From a virus, in the IMG/VR virus record IMGVR_UViG_3300023174_000077, positions 1 to 64,000 of that record: 64,000 nt of DNA. One strand, 5' to 3'. Below the pieces are notes generated by a model. The model had not been told where the DNA came from. It saw only the letters and a program-made list of their open reading frames with translations, and ran no database searches. Positions 39,680 to 50,026 of the stretch are shown here, one piece after another. The translations under genes and the position numbers were made by a program. The number at the start of each line of letters is the position of its first letter. The stretch's first letter is position 1.

Positions 39680-40618
39680 TTAAAGTGCAACTACACCTGT
39701 GTTTTGAGAAAAAGTAGTTACTGAAGTATCAACTTTTGCAAGTGCTGTTTTCACTCTACCCGCTGTAATAGGATCAAAAGAAGAAGTAACTGTATCGATA
39801 TTCACGCCATTCATTACTGCAACTGTTGAAGCAATAATTTCAGCAACGTCATTATAATCATCCATAATGATTAATCTTTCGCCTAAAAGATTTTTCCAAT
39901 AGTTCATTACTCCTGGATCATCTTTATATGATGTTTGATTTGCGTGTATATGAAATACATGATACATTTTTTGTGCCATTTCAAGCATTTCTTTATCGCT
40001 CATATCTTGACCCGCTTCATAACCAAATATTTTAATTTGTTCATCAGCAGTGAATAAGCGATGATTTTTTTCATCACCGATTGTAAATAAGAAGCCTTTT
40101 TTACCTCTTTTTTCATAACAATCAATTGAGGTATGTTTTCCGGCAAAATAGTGTGCAAGACAATAAGATTCGCAACTATTTCCTCCTCCACCACCTTCTA
40201 AATAAACAGAAGAAAGGCATTTAATCAATTCATCAGTGCCACTTTCAAATTGTCCAACTTGAAGAGGGTATTTATCTGAATATCTACCAGTGTTGTGATC
40301 GCCAATTGCTCCAAAGAAAACAGCAGCATCTTTAACACCATGATTGATTAAGGTGCTCATGATTTTGTCTAATTTTTCTTTAACAATTATTTCAGGTATT
40401 TTACCCATAGAGCCTGTAACATCTAACCATATCATTATTGCTAATGATTCTGGATGGTTTGCTGAATCTCTCGCTTCACGGTAAGCAATACCTGTTGGGT
40501 TCATTGTGTCAGCAATGGTTCTAGTTTTATTTTGTGTAAAAATGTCGTCAGCCGCTTTGGTTTTAGCGGAACTGGAAAAGTACGAATAAGCATCGTGGCT
40601 ATAAGATGAACTTCCCAT
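39680..40618 (-). CDS. vWA-domain protein
   Basis: LDVTGSM MIDAS motif; GGGGN..ESY; FTIGDE. Confidence 0.85.
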   Translation of the reverse strand: MGSSSYSHDAYSYFSSSAKTKAADDIFTQNKTRTIADTMNPTGIAYREARDSANHPESLAIMIWLDVTGSMGKIPEIIVKEKLDKIMSTLINHGVKDAAVFFGAIGDHNTGRYSDKYPLQVGQFESGTDELIKCLSSVYLEGGGGGNSCESYCLAHYFAGKHTSIDCYEKRGKKGFLFTIGDEKNHRLFTADEQIKIFGYEAGQDMSDKEMLEMAQKMYHVFHIHANQTSYKDDPGVMNYWKNLLGERLIIMDDYNDVAEIIASTVAVMNGVNIDTVTSSFDPITAGRVKTALAKVDTSVTTFSQNTGVVAL

Positions 40619-40635
40619 AATTTTTTTTTTTAATA

Positions 40636-40860
40636 TTAGTTAATTGAAATTTCTTTAATAATTTCTTTTAATGAATCGATTTTATCTTTTGCATCTGTGT
40701 ATTGTGCAACTAATTTATCCATTTCTTCGGTGTGTTGAGGATGTTCTCCGATGGCAACCGGATTTTTAACATAAACTTCGAATCTGGCTATTGCATCATC
40801 CATTTCGGCGTTATATTTTGATAATAATGATTTTACTAATCTGTTTTTAATTTTTTCCAT
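40636..40860 (-). CDS. Small conserved phage protein (VAIGEHP motif)
   Basis: NPVAIGEHPQ..EE.DKL motif. Confidence 0.65.
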   Translation of the reverse strand: MEKIKNRLVKSLLSKYNAEMDDAIARFEVYVKNPVAIGEHPQHTEEMDKLVAQYTDAKDKIDSLKEIIKEISIN

Positions 40861-40883
40861 AATTATTATTTTTTTTGTTTTAA

Positions 40884-41774
40884 TTAAATGTGTAAAGGAA
40901 TAAACTTTTTTTCAAAATTCTTTTCTAACATAGTCCTATAATCAAAAAATGCTTTTACAGGATCAGTATGTTTTTGTTGGCAAAAATCCAAAAATGGGAT
41001 AGAATGTGTTTTTCTTAATGAATTTCCAATTCCAGATTTATCACCTAATAACCATAATGCTGTCCTTTTACATAAATCTATATCTATATCAGGTTTAGCA
41101 ATTTTATCTTTTTTAATATGCTCTGGATACATATAAAGCCATTTACCTGAAGCAGTTGATAATTTTTTATTAAGTTCTGTCATATGATAAAACGACATAA
41201 CATTTATACCATGATTTATTGGTTCGATAAAAACCGAATCAGGATTTATACCAGCATGTACATATCCTTTTTTATGAATATATGCTATAAATTCTAACAT
41301 TCTTGAAAGAATCCAATTTACATGTGCTTGTGGTAAAGTATCTATTGAGGACAATGGTAGTGTTCTAAGATTCGTTGTAAATTCTAAATTAGAATTTAAG
41401 ATTGCTGATTTTGGAATATATCTTTGAAAATCTATGTCCATTTTTTCTTTGAAGGACATTAATTTTGTATAATTATTCAAAGAAGTTTCCAAAATAGGTT
41501 TCATACCTTCGATTGAAATTGAATTAATTTTATAGGTAATTTGACCAGCATCGTCTTTATATGTTTTACCTTTTTCTAATTCGTCTTTATATTGGTTTAA
41601 TATAGTTAGTGCTTCTTTGGCTCCTAATTCTTTACAGATGTCTGGATGAATTAATTTTGCCATTTTTTTATATTCAACAAGCCAATTATTTAAATCAGAA
41701 AAAGCATCAATATATGATTTGCCTGATTTAATTTTTTGTATCGTATCTTTGGCTGATAATTCAGAAGTTGTCAT
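40884..41774 (-). CDS. J-domain + Ser/Thr kinase-like (pseudokinase) protein
   Basis: YKKMAKLIHPD; YIHKKGYVHAGINPDSVFI with the catalytic Asp replaced. Confidence 0.7.
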   Translation of the reverse strand: MTTSELSAKDTIQKIKSGKSYIDAFSDLNNWLVEYKKMAKLIHPDICKELGAKEALTILNQYKDELEKGKTYKDDAGQITYKINSISIEGMKPILETSLNNYTKLMSFKEKMDIDFQRYIPKSAILNSNLEFTTNLRTLPLSSIDTLPQAHVNWILSRMLEFIAYIHKKGYVHAGINPDSVFIEPINHGINVMSFYHMTELNKKLSTASGKWLYMYPEHIKKDKIAKPDIDIDLCKRTALWLLGDKSGIGNSLRKTHSIPFLDFCQQKHTDPVKAFFDYRTMLEKNFEKKFIPLHI

Positions 41775-41778
41775 ATTT

Positions 41779-42003
41779 TTATATTTGAGTGCAAGATACT
41801 AATAATTTTTGATTTTTGAAAAAATTAACCCATTTTTTCTCACATAAATAATTTGTTAATTCAATATCAAGAAAGTCATAATAAATAATAGAACATATGT
41901 TGCAATAGAATATAAATTCTTCTAATGAATTATATTTAGAAGGTTTAATTCCTTTTGAATTAATATGTCTAATATACTTTTCTTTAGTGTTGATCTCTTT
42001 CAT
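41779..42003 (-). CDS. Hypothetical protein
   Basis: ORF track. Confidence 0.4.
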   Translation of the reverse strand: MKEINTKEKYIRHINSKGIKPSKYNSLEEFIFYCNICSIIYYDFLDIELTNYLCEKKWVNFFKNQKLLVSCTQI

Positions 42004-43099
42004 TTATTTGATTATTATAGCCTTCTATTATATAACCTTGTGTATTTCTTAATTGGTATTTAAATTTAAATTCATTTGGTGGGTTTACATATAAAGTTTT
42101 TCTTTTAAAAGAAATTGTATAAAAACTATCCACATAAGGATAATCTTTAAATGAAATGTTATTTAAAGTTACACTAATTTTATCTTTGGTATTGTAAGCA
42201 TCTTTATATTCAAGTTGTTTACAAACATTTTGATAAGCACCTTCATACCAATCTTTTGTATAATAAATTCTATCATTGTATATTAAACCATCATTACATT
42301 TCCAAATTAAAGTTCTTCCGGCAATTTTTGTAGGATCTTCTTGATCGTAAAATACGAGCAAAGAAACTTGTTCTGGATTTTCTGTATAAAGTTTCAAATA
42401 GCTTTTATATTTTTCTCCTAATTTTTCATTGGTCATACATGAATTGTGTAATGTGCCATATCCTTCGGCATAATTTGAATAAGTATATCCTTTTAATATA
42501 TCTTTGCCAGTTAATAATTCATATTTAATTTCCGAGGGGTGTGTTGACATCCATTGGTTATGTAGTTTTTCAATATCTTTATCAAGGAATTGAAATGGTT
42601 TATTTTTAGGATTAGATATAATTTTTTCATTAAATGCTTCCACTATCTTTCTTGTGAGACGTCCAAGTTTAATAGATAATTTTTTATTTCTTTTAGATGA
42701 GTGTAATTCAACAAAACCTTGTTTATCTGAGTTTTTAAGTGTATCATAATTATCAATTACACCAAGTTTCAAATTAAAAAGTTGATATAAATTAGAAAAT
42801 TGTGCATAAAGAAAATTACGAACTGATTTATTTATATGGTCAGAAGGATATTTAAATAATCTTTCTATTTCAATATGGTGATAAATCATATGTTCAATTT
42901 CTTTACTTAATTTAAAATACCATGCATATTTATATTCAGTTTCAATAGGTACATCATCATAGTAATATGTACGATCGTTATGTAATAAATAGTATTCCTT
43001 TTCGCCTGATATATAAATTTCACCATGAAGAATATATTCATCATGAAATAATGTAATTTTGTCTCCGTCTTCAAATTTGTTATTATTAATTTCTATCAT
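41984..43099 (-). CDS. Conserved phage hypothetical protein (SCM...Y..NP...GR.LIW...DRIY...PYVD)
   Basis: Motif set; host-type promoter upstream. Confidence 0.7.
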   Translation of the reverse strand: MIEINNNKFEDGDKITLFHDEYILHGEIYISGEKEYYLLHNDRTYYYDDVPIETEYKYAWYFKLSKEIEHMIYHHIEIERLFKYPSDHINKSVRNFLYAQFSNLYQLFNLKLGVIDNYDTLKNSDKQGFVELHSSKRNKKLSIKLGRLTRKIVEAFNEKIISNPKNKPFQFLDKDIEKLHNQWMSTHPSEIKYELLTGKDILKGYTYSNYAEGYGTLHNSCMTNEKLGEKYKSYLKLYTENPEQVSLLVFYDQEDPTKIAGRTLIWKCNDGLIYNDRIYYTKDWYEGAYQNVCKQLEYKDAYNTKDKISVTLNNISFKDYPYVDSFYTISFKRKTLYVNPPNEFKFKYQLRNTQGYIIEGYNNQINERDQH

Positions 43100-43196
43100 C
43101 TGTTAAATAATTTGTTATTGCAAATATAATAAAAAAATTTTAGAAACAAAAAAATTAACACATTTTTATAAGACATATATTTAATATATAAAATAT

Positions 43197-43934
43197 ATGC
43201 GCAAATATACAGAGGAATTTTCAGAAAAAATATTTATTTACACATTATCTAATCCAGATACATTTGAAGTTAGATATGTTGGTATTTCTAAAAATATTAA
43301 AAGAAGATATAAGGAACATATAAAAGAATCAAAAAAAGGAAATAATTACAAATCGTGTTGGATAAGAAGCTTAAATAAAATGCCTATTATTGATATCATC
43401 GATGAGTGTAGCATTTTTGATTACACATTTTGGGAAAAATATTATATAACATTATTTAAATCTTGGGGGTTTAAATTAACTAATCTTACAGATGGTGGCG
43501 AAGGAGCTAATGGTTATCGTTTCAATCAAGAAAGCAAAAATAAAATGTCCGAAAACAGAAAGGGCGATAAAAATGGATTTTATGGCAAAAAACATTCCGA
43601 AGAAAATAAAATATTAATGAGTTATTTAAAAGCTGAAAAATATGATGGTGATAAAAATCCAATGTATGGTAAGAAACATAAAGATTTATCTAAAATTATA
43701 ATGAGTCAAAAAAAGAAAAATCTATATAATGGCGAAAATAACCCAAGAGCTAAAAAACTATATCAATATACTTTGGAAGATAAATTAATTAAAATATGGA
43801 ATACTGCAAAAGAATGTGCTGATTTTTATTTTATATCAAGAGGTAATATATCTGCTTTTGCTAAACATAACACAAATAAGAATAACAATATATCCTATAA
43901 AATATTAAACGGATATATATTCAAATTTACTTAA
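43197..43934 (+). mobile_element. Free-standing GIY-YIG homing endonuclease with NUMOD3/NUMOD1 DNA-binding repeats
   Basis: FIYTL...RYVGIS...RR..EH; N.TDGGEG; repeated G.KN.FYGKKHS.E. Confidence 0.88.
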
Positions 43935-43935
43935 T

Positions 43936-45300
43936 ATGAGAAAATATACAGAACATTTCGTCAATGATATAAATATATTAAAGACAGCGATAGTCGGCCT
44001 AGAATTTGAGTTTTATCTAAAAGATTTATCTTTTTATAAAACACTTGAGTTGTTAAATAAACTTTTAAGTCCTGTTGGGGTTCAAGGTTTTAGGCATTAT
44101 CACCCTGATGTTAAACCAACAGATAAATTATTTATATTAACACCAGATTTATCGGGTGGTTCAAATATGATTGAAGTTATTACTGGTCCACTTCCTTATT
44201 TTGAAGCGAAATATTATATGGTTAAAATTTTGAAATTTATTCAAGATTATGGTTATACAAATGAAAAAGCTTCAATACATTTTAATATATCTTTTAATGA
44301 TAAAGATTTAAAAGATTTGAATATATTAAAAATGATTTTAGGCATGGATGAAGAAGAAATTTATACATCTTTTCCAACCAGAAAAAATAATGTGTATGCA
44401 AAATCTATTAAGAGAATAATTCCATTTAGAGATTATGATTTCAAAGATATACCAATTGGAGTTATTAAAAATAATATAAGAATACCAGAAGATAAGTATT
44501 ATGGAGTTAATCTACTGCATATGAATAAAGATAAAGGCGAACAAAGATTAGAGTTTAGATATATTGGTGGTGCTAATTATGAAAAAAATATCGGTGAATT
44601 AATTTATTTTTTAGATAAATTTATTTTAGAAGTATATGGATGTATTGGTGTTGGATTTTCTCAAAAAGATCAAAAAGATTTAGAAAACTATTTAGATAAA
44701 AATATATCTAATTTTAAATCATTTTCGACTTATGATAATTTTTTGGTTTCATTTCCAAAAATTAGTTTACAAGTTGATCAAATATCTAATTATGAAAATG
44801 TAAATGCTTTTTATTATAGAATTTTTAGTAAGTTATATTCATTGATAGAAGCAACAGATGATTTAAAAGATTGTATTTTAAATTGGTTAACAGCGGAACA
44901 AAGATTAGAAGTAGTTGATGCAGATGTAAAATGTTTAATGAATGTTTCAAATATTGATTTTATTAATTGTAGATTAGAAGGTATATTTGATAATTGTAAA
45001 ATAATCAATTCGAAAGTAGATGATTCACAATTATTAAAATGTCAAATACATGGAACAGAAATAAATGGTTCAAAAATACTTAATTCAACTGTAGAAAAAT
45101 CGGAGGTTAAAGATTCATTTGTAATGAATGGTTATTTTGATTCTAATATGGAAGGTGGTGTATTTAGAAGTGGAAAACTTGGTCCTTATGCTAATATAAG
45201 TTCAACAACTAAAATAGTTACTGATGCCGACAATTTCTTTGATACAAAATTTGGAGATATAGATAAGAAATCTGATAAAGGAGTTAAAGCGTTTAAATGA
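43936..45300 (+). CDS. Putative amidoligase (COOH-NH2 ligase) with a C-terminal beta-repeat region
   Basis: VGLEFEF, IEVITGP, SIHFNIS, KYYGVN and LEFR motifs. Confidence 0.7.
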   Translation: MRKYTEHFVNDINILKTAIVGLEFEFYLKDLSFYKTLELLNKLLSPVGVQGFRHYHPDVKPTDKLFILTPDLSGGSNMIEVITGPLPYFEAKYYMVKILKFIQDYGYTNEKASIHFNISFNDKDLKDLNILKMILGMDEEEIYTSFPTRKNNVYAKSIKRIIPFRDYDFKDIPIGVIKNNIRIPEDKYYGVNLLHMNKDKGEQRLEFRYIGGANYEKNIGELIYFLDKFILEVYGCIGVGFSQKDQKDLENYLDKNISNFKSFSTYDNFLVSFPKISLQVDQISNYENVNAFYYRIFSKLYSLIEATDDLKDCILNWLTAEQRLEVVDADVKCLMNVSNIDFINCRLEGIFDNCKIINSKVDDSQLLKCQIHGTEINGSKILNSTVEKSEVKDSFVMNGYFDSNMEGGVFRSGKLGPYANISSTTKIVTDADNFFDTKFGDIDKKSDKGVKAFK

Positions 45301-45352
45301 GATATTTAATTAAAGATTTTTAAACTTCTGAAAAAATTTTAATTTAATATCA

Positions 45353-45658
45353 ATGGGACTTTTATTTAAATACTTCATGGTTTTTATTTTACAATTCTTA
45401 TACAACCTTTTAAGAATACATGAAATCAAACTTACATATGAAAACAAGTTAAGACAGGTATTAATGAATACCATATTTATGAACCTTGTAATTCTTGCCT
45501 CAACTTATTTTTCTCTTTCTATGTTATTAGCCGGTGATTTATTTATAGGCGTAGTTTATGTATTGGGTGCCGTTTTTGGTAAATGGTGGGGTTTAGTTCG
45601 TTCTACTAATTACCGTAATAAACTTCTTGAAGAATTAGACGAAATTAAACAAAAATAA
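45353..45658 (+). CDS. Small three-TM membrane protein (DUF5698-like)
   Basis: Hydrophobic profile; Y.LG...G...G motif. Confidence 0.6.
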   Translation: MGLLFKYFMVFILQFLYNLLRIHEIKLTYENKLRQVLMNTIFMNLVILASTYFSLSMLLAGDLFIGVVYVLGAVFGKWWGLVRSTNYRNKLLEELDEIKQK

Positions 45659-45728
45659 ATTTTTTTTTCAAATTATTTTGAAAATACAAATAGAATCTGT
45701 ATTTTTGCTCAAATAATTTTTAAAAATA

Positions 45729-47330
45729 ATGTCAGGAATAAAAAATATCCGAAAGATTAGAAAATCTTATAGTCAAGCCGAGTTATATTTTCATCAAGAT
45801 TTAGATGGTGTTACTTCTTATTTAGCCATGAAATCTTTTTTAGAATCCAATAAAATCAAAGTTGTTGATTCTCATGTAATTCAATATGGTAGTTTAGAGT
45901 TTTGTGTTAAAAATACAAAAGAAGGCAGACTTCCTGTTTTAGTAGATTTTGCTCATGTTAAAGATATGTTTGTAATTGCTACGGACCATCACGAAAACCA
46001 ATCTGGTGCTAATTCTACTATGTCAACTAATTTTAAAAAATCAAGTTCAAATGTAGAAACAATTTCAGGTGAGATTTCGTCTAGTCCAGTATTTACTAGT
46101 CTTGATATAGAATTAATTAAAACAATTGATTCTGCAAATTTTATTAAATGGAATTTAAAACCCGAAGATATACAAAATTCTAATTTTAAATTGAATAAAG
46201 AACAATCTTCTGAAAGAAATCGTTTTAATTTAGGACTTGTTGTTAATAGATTATTACTTGCATTAAAAAATAAAAGAATTAAAGTAACTAGTTTAGACGG
46301 CAAAACTGCACACCATAATAGAAATCTTTTAGAGTGTTTAGTTATTGATTCAAATCCAAGTATATATTCTTTATATCTTAATTTGAAACATTATATAAAT
46401 AATGCTATTTGTTTTGAGTATAACCATGATATGCGAACATATCATTTGCCAACAAAATTGGCATCTTGTCAAGAATTGCAAGAAAATCTTTCAAATTATA
46501 TTGAGTTAAGAAAAGATTATATTTTTAATGGAGAAACATTTGTTAAAAATAATCAAATTGAATATGATAAGGAATATAAAATTGTAAAACAATTTGACAT
46601 TGGAGAAATATTTAAAACTGGATCATATGATAGATATGTAGTTTTTAAAAATTTCCCGGAATCTGAATTTGTTTGTAGTATTTATAAAATGGGGTTAATT
46701 CAAATTTCTTGTAATCCATTTAATTCGAATAAACAAAACATACATCTTGGTGAAATAACAAAAGAATTATTATCAAAATGGAAATCTGTTTTGATGAATT
46801 TTAGAATTCCAATTTCAGCAATTAAAAGAATTGCCGAAGAAGAATCTTTTAAATTAAAACAAAAATATGCTAACTATGTTCCAATTGGATTTTCTTGGAA
46901 TGATTTATTAACTTTTTATGGTGATTCAATTTATTATCAACCTAATCGCAAAGTAGGTGATTTTAAAACCATAGATAAATTAGATTTAAATGATTTATCA
47001 AACACAGATTCACAATATATTAAAACAACTATGAATAAATTATATAATGATTGGTGTTTTAATGAGAAGGAAGAAATGTCTAATTTTAAAATACCTGCAT
47101 ATAATTTATTGCAAATAATGTCTGGTGGGCATACTGCTATAACTAATTTACAAGGAATAAATTATTTAGAAGAAAGACCTGATGCTATAAAAAAGTTTTT
47201 TGGTGGTATAACAATTCCAAGATATACACAAAATGGAGAATTATATCATAAATATATTTCCAATTATGAAGATTTGATGATATTTTTTTCTTCAGAGTAT
47301 TTAGAGATATTGAAAAGCAAATTAGATTAG
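45729..47330 (+). CDS. DHH-family phosphoesterase-like protein
   Basis: HQDLDG, LVDF, TDHH and GGH motifs. Confidence 0.75.
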   Translation: MSGIKNIRKIRKSYSQAELYFHQDLDGVTSYLAMKSFLESNKIKVVDSHVIQYGSLEFCVKNTKEGRLPVLVDFAHVKDMFVIATDHHENQSGANSTMSTNFKKSSSNVETISGEISSSPVFTSLDIELIKTIDSANFIKWNLKPEDIQNSNFKLNKEQSSERNRFNLGLVVNRLLLALKNKRIKVTSLDGKTAHHNRNLLECLVIDSNPSIYSLYLNLKHYINNAICFEYNHDMRTYHLPTKLASCQELQENLSNYIELRKDYIFNGETFVKNNQIEYDKEYKIVKQFDIGEIFKTGSYDRYVVFKNFPESEFVCSIYKMGLIQISCNPFNSNKQNIHLGEITKELLSKWKSVLMNFRIPISAIKRIAEEESFKLKQKYANYVPIGFSWNDLLTFYGDSIYYQPNRKVGDFKTIDKLDLNDLSNTDSQYIKTTMNKLYNDWCFNEKEEMSNFKIPAYNLLQIMSGGHTAITNLQGINYLEERPDAIKKFFGGITIPRYTQNGELYHKYISNYEDLMIFFSSEYLEILKSKLD

Positions 47331-49057
47331 AATGTACCGTTAGCACCACCGCCACCAAATTTCCCTCCATTAAACATTGTCTGATCAGAAACAGGTGCTT
47401 TACCTTGTGCTGTTTCTTTTTCGTAATTTTCATAAGCTCCATCAATTTGGTAATCAACATATACTGGATTTCCCTCACTATCTGTAACTGGTTTGCCATT
47501 ATTATCTGTAGCTTGTCTTATAGTATTTGAATTAGCTTGGTAAAAATCAGGAATTCTCTCATAAGAGCGAGTGCTAGTATTATTAAATCTTGCATATAAT
47601 TCATCAGCACCTAATGGTCTGGCGTTTTTGAGTGTAAATTCTGCTTTTATAGTTGAGGGTAAGTCATTCCAAGATAAAACTGGACCAAAGGAAATATCTA
47701 CTGAATCTACAATCATATCACCTGAGCTAAAAGTTGGTCTTTTTGGATTACCAACGGTTACATGAAAATAACCTGATGGTGAACCAGTTAGAGCATTTAT
47801 TACACCAAATATAGCAATTTTATATTTGCCTAAAATTGCTCCTAAACTGTTTCGTAAAGCAGATTCTAAATAATTTTTTAATTTATTTGCTGAGTCTACT
47901 TTTTCTGAATCTTCTCTATTTTTTTTATCCTCAGAAGATTCCTTTGATTGTTTTTCTGTGCCATTTATTATACTATCAAGTGCGCCACTTATACTTTTAG
48001 TTAACTCTGTTATAGTGCCTATCACAGCTTGTATTATTGCTTTAATTGCATCATATAATCCATTTAAATCACCATTTATTAAATTTTGAATTAAACTTTT
48101 TGATTTTTGTGAAAAATTTTGGTTCCACATAAATCTTGCATTTGAAGTACCAAAACTTAATATATTACTAATAATATCCATATAAACTATTGTTGGATCA
48201 ATGCCATCAATATATTTTTGCTCATATTCAACAATCATTTTAATTTCAACTTTAGCATCTAAGCCTGAACCAGGACTACCTTTTTCTAAGGTTACTCTTC
48301 TTTTTGCCTCTTTTATTAAATTTGGATCACCAATCGGAAGAAGTGGTCCACTAGATTTGTTAGCTAATCCAAGATTTATGGCAATTTGTTGTTGCAGACC
48401 TTCTGTTAAACCTGGTAATGGAACTACATTAAATGCTCCCGCTGCTTTTGCTCCTAATCCTGCCATGCCAGATTTATTATCACTACTTAAAGTTAAATCT
48501 TCTCCAATTTTATTTAAAATGTCAGTAAAAGAACCTGCAGCATCTGTCCATTTTTCGCCAAATGATAATTTTAAAAAATCTTCTCCTGGTGGGACCCATG
48601 AAATTAAAGTAGATAATGGTCGAGCTTTTTCTTTACTTAAAGCATTTAAATCATTTCCAACAGGAGTCGCATATCTTCTTGCTATAATAAGACGGTTATT
48701 AGGATAAACACCTAAATTTTTCAAATAAGCAAAATCAGCAAAAGTGAGTTTATATGCTGTACCACTACCATTTACTCCACCATTAGACCATGTTACTAAA
48801 TCTGTTACAGATATATCTTGAAAATTATTATCAGTAAACCTATTACCTGTTGTATTTGATTTATAGAGAAGATTGCCGGTTGCCATCCCATTTTCATTTG
48901 GTTTATTTGGGAATGGTGTGAATTTAGTTTTCCCAAATAAAGATTGTAAAGCTGTTGAATTTTCGGTTACAGTGCCATAACCACCTACCGTTATTGTAGA
49001 ATCATTTCTATCAGTATTTGAAGTGAAATTTAAAGGTGAACTAGTAATTTGCCCCAT
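47327..49057 (-). CDS. Putative baseplate/tail-tube initiation structural protein
   Basis: Late motif upstream; position beside baseplate genes; C-terminal DLPSTIKAEFTLK is typical of tail-tube-like folds (inference). Confidence 0.45.
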   Translation of the reverse strand: MGQITSSPLNFTSNTDRNDSTITVGGYGTVTENSTALQSLFGKTKFTPFPNKPNENGMATGNLLYKSNTTGNRFTDNNFQDISVTDLVTWSNGGVNGSGTAYKLTFADFAYLKNLGVYPNNRLIIARRYATPVGNDLNALSKEKARPLSTLISWVPPGEDFLKLSFGEKWTDAAGSFTDILNKIGEDLTLSSDNKSGMAGLGAKAAGAFNVVPLPGLTEGLQQQIAINLGLANKSSGPLLPIGDPNLIKEAKRRVTLEKGSPGSGLDAKVEIKMIVEYEQKYIDGIDPTIVYMDIISNILSFGTSNARFMWNQNFSQKSKSLIQNLINGDLNGLYDAIKAIIQAVIGTITELTKSISGALDSIINGTEKQSKESSEDKKNREDSEKVDSANKLKNYLESALRNSLGAILGKYKIAIFGVINALTGSPSGYFHVTVGNPKRPTFSSGDMIVDSVDISFGPVLSWNDLPSTIKAEFTLKNARPLGADELYARFNNTSTRSYERIPDFYQANSNTIRQATDNNGKPVTDSEGNPVYVDYQIDGAYENYEKETAQGKAPVSDQTMFNGGKFGGGGANGTF

Positions 49058-49144
49058 TCGAAACTTTATTTTTATATATTAATTTAATGACAATTCATGA
49101 GGAGCAAATATTAATCTAATATATAATGAAAAAATTGGATATTA

Positions 49145-49537
49145 ATGAAATTTTTCTGTGTATATGTGAAATCAAGAAAAAAACTTGATAAAATGATAAA
49201 AGTTAATCATATTAAAAATAAATATATAATCGATCTTAAAAAAATACAAGAAGAAGAAGAAATTACCATCGATAAAGAAAAAACCTATCTTAAAATTATT
49301 ATTTTCCAAAAAATACAACAAGCACTTGAAAAAAATAAAGATATTTATTATATCCCCGATTTTGATACCGATTTTTCAATTGATAGACTACTTAACATCA
49401 AAAAAATACTTGGTGACGATAATGAATTTAATGTGTTAATTTTTTATAATGAATTTAGAAAAGATCAAGATATTTTAGACGATGTTTTAGGAAATTTAAG
49501 TAAATTTAGTAATTCTCAGATCATCCGTGATTATTAA
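49145..49537 (+). CDS. Hypothetical protein
   Basis: ORF track. Confidence 0.65.
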   Translation: MKFFCVYVKSRKKLDKMIKVNHIKNKYIIDLKKIQEEEEITIDKEKTYLKIIIFQKIQQALEKNKDIYYIPDFDTDFSIDRLLNIKKILGDDNEFNVLIFYNEFRKDQDILDDVLGNLSKFSNSQIIRDY

Positions 49538-49555
49538 TAATTAATATATAATTAT

Positions 49556-50026
49556 ATGAATAGTTTTTATGATCTCAATATTTTAAAAAAAGATACCAAT
49601 CAAAATGGACTTTATAACTTTTTTGATTCTACTTTTAAATACTTTTATGGTGTTATTTTAAATCAATATCAAGTTAATCCTTGGGAAGAAATGAGAATTG
49701 ATAGAATTAGTTATAATTTATATAGTAATACCGATTATTGTGATTTTTTATTAGATTTAAATGGAATTGATAATCCATTAAATATAATGTCTGGTGATGT
49801 TTTATTATATGTGAGCCAAGATCAAATTGATTATTTCCATGTTGATGAAACTACTGCAAAAAGTTTAAGAAATACATATTTAAATGCAAATAAAATATCT
49901 CAAATTGATAATAATAGACAAAATTATACAGGCAATAATTTAAGTTTACCACCAACATTTTTACAGATTCCTGCAAATGCAGTAAAAATAGTTGGAAATA
50001 AAATAGTTTTAGGAGGTAATAGTTAA
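49556..50026 (+). CDS. Baseplate wedge protein (T4 gp53/LysM-like)
   Basis: RIDRISYNLY......LL.LNGIDNPL....GDVL. Confidence 0.7.
   Translation: MNSFYDLNILKKDTNQNGLYNFFDSTFKYFYGVILNQYQVNPWEEMRIDRISYNLYSNTDYCDFLLDLNGIDNPLNIMSGDVLLYVSQDQIDYFHVDETTAKSLRNTYLNANKISQIDNNRQNYTGNNLSLPPTFLQIPANAVKIVGNKIVLGGNS

Noticed and set aside
43197-43934. Group I intron around the GIY-YIG gene
   Set aside because: The ORF abuts the promoter and the next start codon, leaving no room for intron core elements
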